Shown here piece by piece: positions 13,672-25,114 of a stretch of 64,000 nt of DNA; position 1 is the first letter of the stretch; every line of letters begins with the position of its first letter. The stretch is taken from contig OZ024754.1 in the NCBI GenBank assembly GCA_964016885.1, positions 15,748,001 to 15,812,000 of the forward strand, written 5' to 3'. A program made the translations under genes and the position numbers. The stretch comes from Eledone cirrhosa. Lineage: Eukaryota. The notes under the pieces were generated by a model that was not told where the DNA came from, made no database searches, and saw nothing but the letters and a program-made list of their open reading frames with translations.

Positions 13672-16545
13672 GTGTCATGATAAAATGTACCCAGCTCACT
13701 CTAATGTGATAGTGCTGGTGTCATGATAAAATGTACCCAGCTCACTCTAATGTGATAGTGCTGGTGTCATGATAAAATGTACCCAGCCTACTCTGTAATA
13801 TGGTAGCGCTGTCATGATAAAATATACCCAGCTCACTCTAATGTGATAGTGCTGGTGTCATGATAAAATATACCCAGCTCACTCTAATGTGATAGCGCTG
13901 GTGTCATGATAAAATATACCCAGCTCACTCTAATGTGATAGTGCTGGTGTCATGATAAAATGTACCCAGCTCACTCTAATGTGATAGCGCTGGTGTCATG
14001 ATAAAATATACCCAGCTCACTCTAATGTGATAGTGCTGGTGTCATGATAAAATATACCCAGCTCACTCTAATGTGATAGCGCTGGTGTCATGATAAAATA
14101 TACCCAGCTCACTCTAATGTGATAGTGCTGGTGTCATGATAAAATATACCCAGCTCACTCTAATGTGATAGTGCTGGTGTCATGATAAAATGTACCCAGC
14201 TCACTCTAATGTGATAGTGCTGGTGTCATGATAAAATGTACCCAGCTCACTCTAATGTGATAGTGCTGGTGTCATGATAAAATGTACCCAGCTCACTCTA
14301 ATGTGATAGTGCTGGTGTCATGATAAAATGTACCCAGCCTACTCTGTAATATGGTAGCGCTGTCATGATAAAATATACCCAGCTCACTCTAATGTGATAG
14401 TGCTGGTGTCATGATAAAATATGCCCAGCTCACTCTAATGTGATAGCGCTGGTGTCATGATAAAATGTACCCAACTCACTCTAATGTGATAGTGCTGGTG
14501 TCATGATAAAATGTACCCAGCCTACTCTGTAATATGGTAGCGCTGTCATGATAAAATATACCCAGCTCACTCTAATGTGATAGTGCTGGTGTCATGATAA
14601 AATGTACCCAGCTCACTCTAATGTGATAGTGCTGGTGTCATGATAAAATGTACCCAGCTCACTCTAATGTGATAGTGCTGGTGTCATGATAAAATATACC
14701 CAGCCTACTCTGTAATGTGGTAGTGCTGTCATAATAAAATGTACCCAGCTCACTCTAATGTGATAGTGCTGGTGTCATGATAAAATGTACCCAGCTCACT
14801 CTAATGTGATAATGCTGGTGTCATGATCAAATGTACCCAGCTCACTCTAATGTGATAGTGCTGGTGTCATGATAAAATATACCCAGCTCACTCTAATGTG
14901 GTAGTGCTGGTGTCATGATAAAATGTACCCAGCTCACTCTAATGTGATAGTGTTGGTGTCATGATAAAATATACCCAGCTCACTCTAATGTGATAGTGCT
15001 GGTGTCATGATAAAATGTACCCAGCTCACTCTAATGTGATAGTGCTGGTGTCATGATAAAATGTACCCAGCTCACTCTAATGTGATAGTGCTGGTGTCAT
15101 GATAAAATGTACCCAGCTCACTCTAATGTGATAGTGCTGGTGTCATGATAAAATGTACCCAGCTCACTCTAATGTGATAGTGCTGGTGTCATGATAAAAT
15201 GTACCCAGCCTACTCTGTAATATGGTAGCGCTGTCATGATAAAATATACCCAGCTCACTCTAATGTGATAGTGCTGGTGTCATGATAAAATGTACCCAGC
15301 TCACTCTAATGTGATAGCGCTGGTGTCATGATAAAATATACCTAGCTCACTCTAATGTGATAGCGCTGGTGTCATGATAAAATGTACCCAGCTCACTCTA
15401 ATGTGATAGTGCTGGTGTCATGATAAAATGTACCCAGCTCACTCTAATGTGATAGTGCTGGTGTCATGATAAAATGTACCCAGCTCACTCTAATGTGATA
15501 GTGCTGGTGTCATGATAAAATGTACCCAGCCTACTCTGTAATATGGTAGCGCTGTCATGATAAAATATACCCAGCTCACTCTAATGTGATAGTGCTGGTG
15601 TCATGATAAAATATGCCCAGCTCACTCTAATGTGATAGCGCTGGTGTCATGATAACATGTACCCAACTCACTCTAATGTGATAGTGCTGGTGTCATGATA
15701 AAATGTACCCAGCCTACTCTGTAATATGGTAGCGCTGTCATGATAAAATATACCCAGCTCACTCTAATGTGATAGTGCTGGTGTCATGATAAAATGTACC
15801 CAGCTCACTCTAATGTGATAGTGCTGGTGTCATGATAAAATATACCCAGCCTACTCTGTAATGTGGTAGTGCTGTCATAATAAAATGTACCCAGCTCACT
15901 CTAATGTGATAGTGCTGGTGTCATGATAAAATGTACCCAGCTCACTCTAATGTGATAGTGCTGGTGTCATGATCAAATGTACCCAGCTCACTCTAATGTG
16001 ATAGTGCTGGTGTCATGATAAAATATACCCAGCTCACTCTAATGTGGTAGTGCTGGTGTCATGATAAAATGTACCTAGCTCACTCTAATGTGATAGTGCT
16101 GGTGTCATGATAAAATATACCCAGCCTACTCTGTAATGTGGTAGTGCTGTCATAATAAAATGTACCCAGCTCACTCTAATGTGATAGTGCTGGTGTCATG
16201 ATAAAATGTATCCAGCTCACTCTAATGTGATAGTGCTGATGTCATGATAAAATGTACCCAGCTCACTCTAATGTGATAGTGTTGGTGTCATGATAAAATA
16301 CACCCAGCCTACTCTGTAATGTGGTAGTGCTGTCATAATAAAATGTACCCAACCCACTCTGTAAGATGATAGTGTCATGATAAAATGTACCCAGCCCACT
16401 CTGTAATGTGATAAAATGTACCCAATCCATTTGGTAATGTGATAATGCTGGTGTCATGATAAAATACACCCAATCCATTCAGTAATGTGGTAGTGCTGGT
16501 GACATGATAAAATCTACCCAGCCTACTCTGTAATGTGATAGTGCT
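13672..16545. repeat. 46-bp minisatellite (with 45-bp variant), about 62 copies, TFPT intron 5
   Basis: Unit GTGTCATGATAAAATGTACCCAGCTCACTCTAATGTGATAGTGCTG; copies start at 13672, 13718 and so on. Confidence 0.98.
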
Positions 16546-16611
16546 CCCAAATCACATTTTTCAACCTTTAAAATAATCCACTTGACGTAGTCGTAGACAT
16601 CCCCTGCTCCC

Positions 16612-16915
16612 CTTAAGGTACGTGGTTTAGTGAATTCAGCTCACGATCGTAGGCTCATGAAAGATTTCTGTACAATGTGGTGTGTTGTGCCCTTGAGCAG
16701 GATACTTTATCTCACCTTACGTCAGTGGACTCACCTGGCAAAAAATGAGTTGTACCTGTAATTCAAGAAGAGAATCTTGTCACACATTTTATCATGCTAA
16801 ATCTCCCTGAGAACTGTGTTAAAGGTGTACATATCTGTGGAATACTCAGCCTATTATGCGTTAATTTCATGAGCAGACTATTTTATTGATTGGATCAACT
16901 GGAGCACTCGTCGCC
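16612..16915 (+). mobile_element. tRNA-derived CORE-type SINE, second tail type (related copies 22997-23300, 33607-33830, 53525-53745)
   Basis: TGGTTTAGTG A-box-like head, GTGTTGTGCCCTTGAGCAGGATACTT core, shared AATCTCCCTGAGAAC tail. Confidence 0.7.
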
Positions 16916-17249
16916 GGAAACAACAAGGTTCCCCCAGTACAAAGATGGTATAGTCACAGTTGAAATGATTAATCATTGCTATTAACACAGACACATGCTG
17001 AGTTTGTTGTATGAAGCATGAAAGGGAACTTATCAGTAGCACAGAGTTATGTCCCTTGCCAACTACTGTTGCAACACTTGTCAATGAGCGACCACCAAGT
17101 AGTCACTCGAACTGTAGCCACCAAATTTCCTTTAAATCATACTGTCATCTTAAAACAAGGAAGGGCATATTTAGATAATGTATTCATACATTGACCTAAA
17201 AGTTCAGGACAGTCACGGCTGGACTGTCTTTCAGAGTGGAAATAAAGGT

Positions 17250-17710
17250 ATGTGTACTTTATAGTTAAACTGTAATGTACTCTATAAAGAACTTGTGGTT
17301 TATAGTCAAACTAATGTACTCTACAGAGTATATGTAGTTCATAGTCAAACTAAAGTACTTTATAGTGAATAATGTACTTTATAGTAAAACTGTAATACTT
17401 TATAGATTATGTACTTCATAATAAAACTCTATAGAGTATATGTAGTTTATAGTTAAACTGTAATGTACTTTCTAGATTATGTACTTCATAGTAAAACTAA
17501 TGTTCTCTATAGAGTAACAGTAGTTTATAGTTAAATGGTAATGTACTTTATAGATTATGTACTTCATAGTAAAACTTATGTTATCTATAGAGTAAAGGTA
17601 GTTTATAGTTAAACGGTAATGTACTTTACAGAGTATATGTACTTTATAGTTAAACCGTGTTGTACTTTATAGAGAATATGTACTTCATAGTGAAGCAAAT
17701 GTTCTCTATA
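17250..17710. repeat. Degenerate AT-rich tandem repeat (TATGTACTTTATAGTTAAACTGTAATGTACTCTATAGAG-like)
   Basis: Multiple diverged copies. Confidence 0.75.
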
Positions 17711-18394
17711 GAGAAAAATATTGCCTTGTGAGCGAATGCAGAAACCCATTGAGTGTCTACATGTATAACACGTGGTATTTAATCATACCTGAGTTATGAC
17801 CCTTCAAATTAAAGGAGATTAACATTCATGACTGCATTTCTAATTAAATAGTTTCAATTAATTAATGAAGAATTTTAAGAGATTTATTAAAATGATTAAT
17901 TATTTCATTACTAAATAACTTAATGTAAGGTTCTTATATAAAATTATGCTGGATGGTTTTAATTCAAATCGGAACCCTTTAAAATAGGCGGTTTTATTTC
18001 ATAGAACCAGAACCAAATTTGGCTGGGTTGATAACAAAAGGGTGAAGAGATTGATGGAAACAAAATACTGGGACAATTATAAACGACTAAATACCCTTGA
18101 AGAGTCTCCAATATGGACGCAGTCCAATTATTAAAACCAACAGAAGAAAAATATTACAAACTAACCCTTTTGATACTAAATCACCTGAAACCACCCCTGG
18201 TTCTATGATACAAGACATTTTTAAAGTATTTATATTCATAACCTTTGTTAAGTTATGTTCCAAACACCAACTTATAAGGAGACTGTTAGTTCTATTAAAT
18301 GCCTTCAAATTCTTGATTATTTTCAAAATTATTTCTAAACCATAAAGTGCCTTTTATGAGAAATATGGTAACGAAGGAGTTAAAATAAATTTAC

Positions 18395-18478
18395 CTGTTT
18401 CTTTTCTGGCGTCAAATTATGCCAATTATCTGTAACTTTTGCAATTAGTATGTGATGTGGAATTTCTTCACCAGTCCT
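18395..18478 (-). CDS. TFPT: TFPT-like exon 5 (HMG box: RTGEEIPHHILIAKVTDNWHNLTPEKKQ)
   Basis: ttctacag acceptor, CAG|GTAAAT donor, 28 codons, W-x-x-L-x-x-x-x-K HMG motif. Confidence 0.85.
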
Positions 18479-18554
18479 CTGTAGAATATAAACAAACAGA
18501 ATATGATGTCAAAGATAATGACAACTTAATACTGGTCATTATTTACATCAATTA

Positions 18555-18960
18555 GGGCGGTGGATTGGCAGTATCGGTAGAGTGTCGGACGCCATGCTTT
18601 CCAGCATAGTTACGTCCCTTTACGATCTGAGTTCAAATCCCGCCGAGGTTGACTTAGCCTTTCATCCTTACGGGGTCGATAAAATAAAGTACTAGTAATG
18701 CACTGGGTAATTGCTGGCCTTGTGCCTAAAGTAGAAACAATTATTTACATCAATTACGGCGATGGATTGGGAGTATCGGTAGAGGGTCGGACGCCATGCT
18801 TTCCAGCATAGTTACGTCCCTTTACGATCTGAGTTCAAATCCCGCCGAGGTTAACTTTGCCTTTCATCCTTACGGGGTCGATAAAATAAAGTACCAGTAA
18901 TGAACTGGGTAATTGCTGGCCTTGTGCCTAAAGTAGAAACAATTATTTACATCAATTACA
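18555..18960 (+). mobile_element. Tandem pair of tRNA-derived Meta-domain-like SINEs (octopus OK-like)
   Basis: GGATTGGCAGTATCGGTAGAG head, GAGTTCAAATCC B box, GCCGAGGTTAACTTTGCCTTTCATCCTTACGGGGTCGATAAA domain. Further copies at 21624-21805(-), 23590-23800(-), 29150-29460, 34015-34145, 36040-36220, 36480-36662(-), 44602-45270 and 60870-60985(-). Confidence 0.8.
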
Positions 18961-19248
18961 TTGACCAGAATACCCTGCAATATTTAGTTACATTAAAGGT
19001 TTGGCTCAGATCGATACAGCCTTATATATTTTTCAGATCAATAAAATAATTAAAAGTCAGCTACTGACATGGATATATCATCATCATAATTGTTTTACAT
19101 CCACTTTTCCATGTTGGAATGGGTTGGAGGGGACTTTTTGAGGCAATGTTTTACAGTCAGATGCCATTCCTAATACCAATATTTTTAGTCACTTCTTATG
19201 ACCTTCAAGGATACAGTGTATTCTAAACCAAATGCACAAATATATATA

Positions 19249-19975
19249 TAATAATAATAATGAAATTATTGTGTACAGTGCTCAGGTGCACTACAACTCA
19301 TCAAAGGTGCATGTAAAGTACATAGAATACTGTTCAAATGTCCAGAAAATGAACAGTGTATGAGTCATGAAATACATGTGTGTGTGTGTGTGTGTGTGTA
19401 TGGAGGGGGATATCAGGTGTAGTGTTGGCAAATTTCAAGAAGCATACAGTTTTTAAAGGATGCAGTGTCTCGACAGCTAACAACTGATGCAGGTAGTTTG
19501 TTCCATGGAGGTTTTAAAGGATGCAGTGTCTCGACAGCTAACAACTGATGTAGGTAGTTTGTTCCATGGAGGTTTTAAAGGATGCAGTGTCTCGACAGCT
19601 AACAACTGATGCAGGTAGTTTGTTCCATGGAGGTTTTAAAGGATGCAGTGTCTCGACAGCTAACAACTGATGCAGGTAGTTTGTTCAAATGGAGGTTTTA
19701 AAGGATGCAGTGTCTCGACAGCTAACAACTGATGCAGGTAGTTTGTTCCATGGAGGTTTTAAAGGATGCAGTGTCTCGACAGCTAACAACTGATGCAGGT
19801 AGTTTGTTCCATGGAGGTTTTAAAGGATGCAGTGTCTCGACAGCTAACAACTGATGCAGGTAGTTTGTTCCATGGAGGTTTTAAAGGATGCAGTGTCTCG
19901 ACAGCTAACAACTGATGCAGGGAGTTTGTTCCATACTTCAGCAACTCTGAGCGTGAAAAAATGTTTCCGAAAGAT
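19249..19975 (-). mobile_element. CR1-like LINE 3' end with internal 61-bp x8 tandem amplification
   Basis: - strand FRKHFFTLRVAEVWNKLPASVVSCRDTASFK (CR1 ORF2 C-terminus), then a 3' UTR ending in (ATT)n. Confidence 0.8.
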
Positions 19976-20230
19976 CTACCAAGAGTTTGGCAGTTTCAGA
20001 TAGTATACCCACTGCGCATCTTACTATGTATTGAGTACTTCTCTGAATTGTGGTCTTCCCAGCCCCAGTACCACAGACTATCAATATATATATATACATA
20101 CATTGTTATACTTTGGGCGGCTCATGCTGCCAATAAAAACACACAAAGTATAACAATATCTGTTTCAACACACGTTTTCAAATAAGAAATCTTGCAAAAC
20201 AAATTCAAAAACGAAACATATATATATATA

Positions 20231-20795
20231 TCATCATCATCATCATTTTACGTCCGCTTTTCCCTGCTAGCAAGGGTGGGACGGGTCTTATTCAGCACAG
20301 CATCTCTCCACTCGTCACGGTCCCTCGTCATCTCCACCGTGAGCTTCAATGATCTGAGGTCTGTTCTCACCACCTCCGCCCATGTTTTTCGTGGTCTACC
20401 TCTACCACGTCTTCCCTCAACTGGCATTTCCTGGCACTTCTTCACCCATCGGTCATCCTCCATGCGAATCACATGTCCATACCACCTCAGTCTCCTCTCC
20501 CGTACACTACATTCTATCCCTCTCAGACACAGTTTCTCTCTCAACACATTTATGCTGGGTCGTTCACGCACATTGACATTGCACATCCAACTGAACATGC
20601 TTGCCTCATTTCTCTCCAGCCGTCGCATATCCTCTGCGGTTGCTGCCCATGTCTCACTACCATGCAGCATCGCGCTCCTCACACAGGCATCATACAACCG
20701 GCCTTTCGTACGCAGGGAGAAACCCTTCTTCGTCAACAGAGGAAGCAGCTCCCTAAACTTCTTCCAACCCGTCCTTATTCTAGATACTATGGCCT
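20231..20795 (-). mobile_element. 5'-truncated RTE LINE (RT C-terminus, open ORF) with (TGA)n tail
   Basis: KGRLYDACVRSAMLHGSETW, RRLRWYGHVIRM, GRRGRGRPRKTW; ORF 20248..20736. Confidence 0.92.
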
Positions 20796-20853
20796 CTATA
20801 TATATATATAATAATAAAAAGGACGAATTGTTATCTCTTCATTGTGTTTATTG

Positions 20854-20944
20854 AGTAGTGATGTGCATTTCGCTATTGATCAGCTCACGGTTCAATCTGT
20901 ATTGATCTAACCCAACTCTGGAATCAAAAGCTCATCAGACTTCT
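20854..20944 (-). ncRNA. Type I hammerhead ribozyme candidate (intact core)
   Basis: AGAAGT CTGATGA GCTTTTGAT...ATCAATAGC GAAA TGCACA TC ACTACT. Stem I 5/6 bp, stem II 8/9 bp, near-palindromic stem III, AUC cleavage triplet. Confidence 0.75.
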
Positions 20945-21064
20945 GTTGTGGTAATAACAGAATGAACTACTTAGGGCTTAGAAATAGTATATAGCGATTC
21001 ACATTCATTTATGGTGGTGGGAGTTGCGAAGGTGTGGTAGATATATATATATATATATAATATT

Positions 21065-21622
21065 ATGTTCTGGAGAGGATATTGCGTTGGTTTGGCCATG
21101 TGATGTGTATGAAGGACGACAGCTGTATAAGAAAGTGCAGACAATGAAAATTGATGGAAACTACGGAGTTGGTAGACCAAGAAAAACCTGGGACGAGGTG
21201 ATAAAAACTGACCTTGCTCACCTACACCTCTCTAAGACAATGACACTGGATCCAGATCTTTGGCGCCATGCAGTTGTACAGAAGACCCGACTGCCATTGC
21301 ATACAAACCCTAGTCAGTAGGCACCTCTTAACCCAATGTACACGCCACCTCACACACCCTACCCCCTCCTTCCTCTCCCGTTCCGTCCACTGTGTCGATG
21401 ACACAACAGTCCACACTATAAGGTGGCCGTGTAGGAGACACGGTAAAAAGGCTCCCAGTCCACACTGTAAATGTGGTTGGTGTTAGGAAGGACATCCAGA
21501 TGTAAAAAACCTGCCATAGACACTTCCGTACGAGCGAGACATGGCCTCCCGACCATTCCTGCATCAAATGGAACAAGACCATCTAACCCATGCTAGCGTG
21601 GAAGATGGACGTTAAACGATAA
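21065..21622 (+). mobile_element. Degenerate RTE LINE 3' fragment with 3' UTR
   Basis: GVGRPRKTWDEVIKTDL...WRHAV; tail TCTAACCCATGCTAGCGTGGAAGATGGACGTTAAA. Confidence 0.8.
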
Positions 21623-22071
21623 TTGTTTCTACTTTTGGCACAAGGCCAGCAATTACCCAGTGCATTACTGGTACTTTATTTTATAAAACCCCATAAGGAT
21701 GAAAGGCAAAGTTAACCTCGGTGGGATTTGAACTCAGAATGGCAAGGGCCGTAACTCTACGAGTCAAAGCATGGCGTCCGACCCTCTACCGATACTGCCA
21801 ATCCGATATATATATATGTATTATATATTGGTCATACAGCCTTGTGAATCTGATGTAGAATAAATACATCATACCCCTGCATGTCATAAGAAGCAACAAA
21901 AAGGAGTTGGTATTAGGAAGGGCTTCTGGGTGTAAAACATTGCCTTAAAAATGTTGCCATGGTTACGTCGACATAGAAATAATTATAATAATTCAAGTCT
22001 CACTGACATCAGTTTTAAATCTCCAAGGAGAGAAAAAAAAACAAAGAAACTTTATGAAAAGATATACGTAC

Positions 22072-22356
22072 TTGGAAATACTCATCTTGCACAATATTCT
22101 TATGATGTTCATAGAATGTCAAAAATGCATTTTTCGATGGAGGCTTTTTGCTGTCAGCTGCAATATCTTTCTTGTCGGCCTTCATTTTACGCACTTTAGC
22201 AAGTGCTGAGGGCAGTGGCCCTTTGCCCCCTGTTGTCTCCAGTAGACTACTGAAACCCAACGACCCCTTAGCAACCCTGGAAGGGGGTTCCTCTTCACAT
22301 GACTCTGGTGGACTCTTTACTTCTGTCTGGTTAGCATTCAGATACATCTGGTCTTC
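22072..22356 (-). CDS. TFPT: TFPT-like exon 4 (linker plus HMG-box helix 1: KKPPSKNAFLTFYEHHKNIVQDEYFQ)
   Basis: ttttccag acceptor, CAA|GTACGT donor, 95 codons in frame, inside ORF 22015..22395. Confidence 0.85.
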
Positions 22357-22513
22357 CTGGAAAATAAAACAATGAAGAAAAAAATGATAAAACATATCAT
22401 CATCATTTAACGTCTATTTTACATGCTTGCACCACATGGATTAACAATGACATATCATCATCATTTCTGTTTAGTGTCAATTCTCCATGCTTGCATGGGT
22501 TAGACAAGTCATG

Positions 22514-22875
22514 AGGCACATGGCTTAGTGGTTAGAGCATTGGCTTTGCAATCGAAAGGTTGTGAGTTCAATTCTCAGACCAGGTGATGTGTTGTTTCCT
22601 TGAGCAAAATACTGATGTGTTGTTTCCTTGAGCAAGACACTTTATTTCACATTGCTCCAGTTTCCTCAACTGTATAAATGAGATGATAGGGACCCCAGTC
22701 CCTATCATTCCACTGCAAAGTGGTCGGTAAAAAAAAAAGCACACAGCACTCACTGTAAATGAGGTTGGTGTTAGGAAGGGCATCCAGCTGTAGAAATCAA
22801 GCCAGAATCTGTTCCCGTCCCACCCTTGCAAGCAGGGAAAAGCGGACGTAAAATGAGATGATGATGATGATGATC
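22514..22875 (+). mobile_element. Full-length tRNA/CORE SINE with RTE tail
   Basis: A box TGGCTTAGTGG, B box GAGTTCAATTC, CORE (with short internal duplication), RTE-like 3' end plus (TGA)n. Confidence 0.85.
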
Positions 22876-23847
22876 CATGCTGGGAGGCAAGTCTGGACAT
22901 GTCACACCTTGCTCCAGCGAGGACTATAAATTTGACCAGGTATTTCACAACTGGATGCTCTTTCTAAATGGATTAATAAAGATATATATGAGTGAAGGTG
23001 CATGGTTTGGTGGTTAAGATGTTCAGCTCATGACCGTCAGACTGTGAGTTAGAATCCTAGACCAAGCAGCTCATTGTGTCCTTCAGCAAGACACTACTTC
23101 AAATTGTCCCAGTAAAATTGAGTTATACTTATTATTCAAGGGATCAGCCGCTTCACCCATTGTGTTGCCCTGAATCTCTCTCTGAACCACGTTAAGAGTT
23201 CATGTGGCTGTGGAATGCTCAGGCACTTATATGTTAATTTCACAAGAAGGCAGTTCTGATAATTGAATCAACTGGAACACTCATCGGAAACAACAGAAGT
23301 CTAACAACATACATACATTTATATACACATACATATATGTGTGTGATAGGAAGGGCATCCAGTCGTAGAAATCTTACCAAACAAAGGGTTGGGAGGAGCC
23401 ACTGTGTCAAAGACATGATAACCTCTTCTGTGCACTCAGTGGTATGTGAGACCATACATACCTAAGACACAGATCTCTAAATAACAACAACAGGGGCTAA
23501 ATAACAACAACAGAGAGATGAAGTTTTATGTTTCAATTCAGCAGTTACAAGTAGTAGAGAATGAAATTCTCTTAGAGCAAAGAAGGATTTCTGATCGAGA
23601 TTGAACCACAAAGCCAACATTTTGGGGGAAAGAAGAAAGTCGATTAAATCGCCCACAGTACATTACTGGTACTTTATTTCATCAACCCCGTAAGGATGAA
23701 AGGCTAAGCTAACCTCCGGGGGATTTGAACTCAGAACATAAACGGACAGCTGCAAAAAGTTGTCCGACATTCGACCTATGCTGCTAATCCAGCGCCCTTA
23801 CAGAGCAAAGAATGAGAGAAGAATGCCACCACACCCTACACACTTAC

Positions 23848-23917
23848 CTCCCACATAACAGGAACAGATGCGTCTCGGTAGTTATCACCATGTTCATCCA
23901 GTTTATTGGATAAAAAC
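23848..23917 (-). CDS. TFPT: TFPT-like exon 3 (FLSNKLDEHGDNYRDASVPVMWE)
   Basis: tttcag acceptor, GTAAGT donor, phase 2 to 0. Matches TFPT FLMRVLDSYGDDYR. Confidence 0.9.
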
Positions 23918-24414
23918 CTGAAACATTTAATACATATAAACATTAAGCATTCAATGAATAAAGAAGGAAAGAAAGAAAGAAAGAAAGAATAGGCAACAAT
24001 TAATGAAAAACAGTATTTAAAGGAAGGCTTAGGCAGAAGTGGTGAGAGGGTATGTCAAAGACGCTGAACCACACAGAGGAGATTAAGGAACACAGTAGGT
24101 GGAGGAAAGCTGTGCTGGAAAAAACTTGTCCAACCCTTGCAAACATTAAAAAAGGAATATGAAAGGAGAGTACCCTTCAATTGTACCATGGTATGACAAT
24201 CTGTTTAGTGTTGGTGATTTACATAATGAACATACTCAGTACACGTGAAGTGGTTAGTGATAGGAAGGGCATCCAGCTGTAGGAAGCTTGCCAAACAAAG
24301 GGTGTCAAAGACATAACATCTCCTATGCACTCAGTAGAACATGATATAGTATGTGATATAACTGACCCCTAGCCTATATCAGAGTCTCCCTGAGAGTCAC
24401 ATTCAGATACTCAC

Positions 24415-24485
24415 CGTCTTTCCTTCTTGAATCGTTTTATGAGTTTCTTCACGTGCTGAATACGGTTCACTATCCTTTCATTGGA
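24415..24485 (-). CDS. TFPT: TFPT-like exon 2 (SNERIVNRIQHVKKLIKRFKKERR)
   Basis: ttttcag acceptor, GTGAGT donor, phase 0 to 2. Matches the TFPT NERVLNRLHQV..R..RERR motif. Confidence 0.9.
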
Positions 24486-24513
24486 CTGAAAAGAGATAAA
24501 CATGAGATGAGAA

Positions 24514-24633
24514 GTGTGTGTGAGTGTGTGTGTATGTGGTGAGTTGCTGGATAGCTGTAGTGTGTGTGTGTGAGTGTGTGTGTGGTGAGTTGCTGGATAG
24601 CTTTAGTGTGTGTGGTGAGTTGCTGGATAGCTG

Positions 24634-24677
<44 letters not shown>

Positions 24678-24725
24678 TAAGTTGCTGGATAGCTGTAGTG
24701 TGTGTGGTGAGTTGCTGGATAGCTG

Positions 24726-24769
<44 letters not shown>

Positions 24770-24893
24770 TAAGTTGCTGGATAGCTGTAGTGTGTGTGGT
24801 GAGTTGCTGGATAGCTGTAGTGTGTGTGGTGAGTTGCTGGATAGCTGTAGTGTGTGTGTGTGTGTGTGTGTGTGGTGAGTTGCTGGATAGCTG

Positions 24894-24951
<58 letters not shown>

Positions 24952-25110
24952 TAAGTTGCTGGATAGCTTTAGTGTGTTGCTGTGTAGCTTTTGTGTGTGT
25001 GTGTGTTGCTATGTAGCTTTAGTGTGTGTGTGTGTGTGTGTGTATTGCTCCATAGTTTTAGTGTGTGAGTGTTGCTGTGTAGTTCTAGTGTGTGTGTGTG
25101 TATGTATTGT
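24514..25110. repeat. Compound (TG)n / GGTGAGTTGCTGGATAGCTGTAGT repeat
   Basis: About 11 motif copies separated by variable (TG)n, adjoining the TFPT exon 2 acceptor. Confidence 0.95.
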
Positions 25111-25114
25111 ATAG

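Noticed and set aside
22514-22580. tRNA gene (A and B boxes; also 51418-51485)
   Set aside because: Continues into the CORE domain and an RTE tail, so it is a SINE head. No complete cloverleaf.
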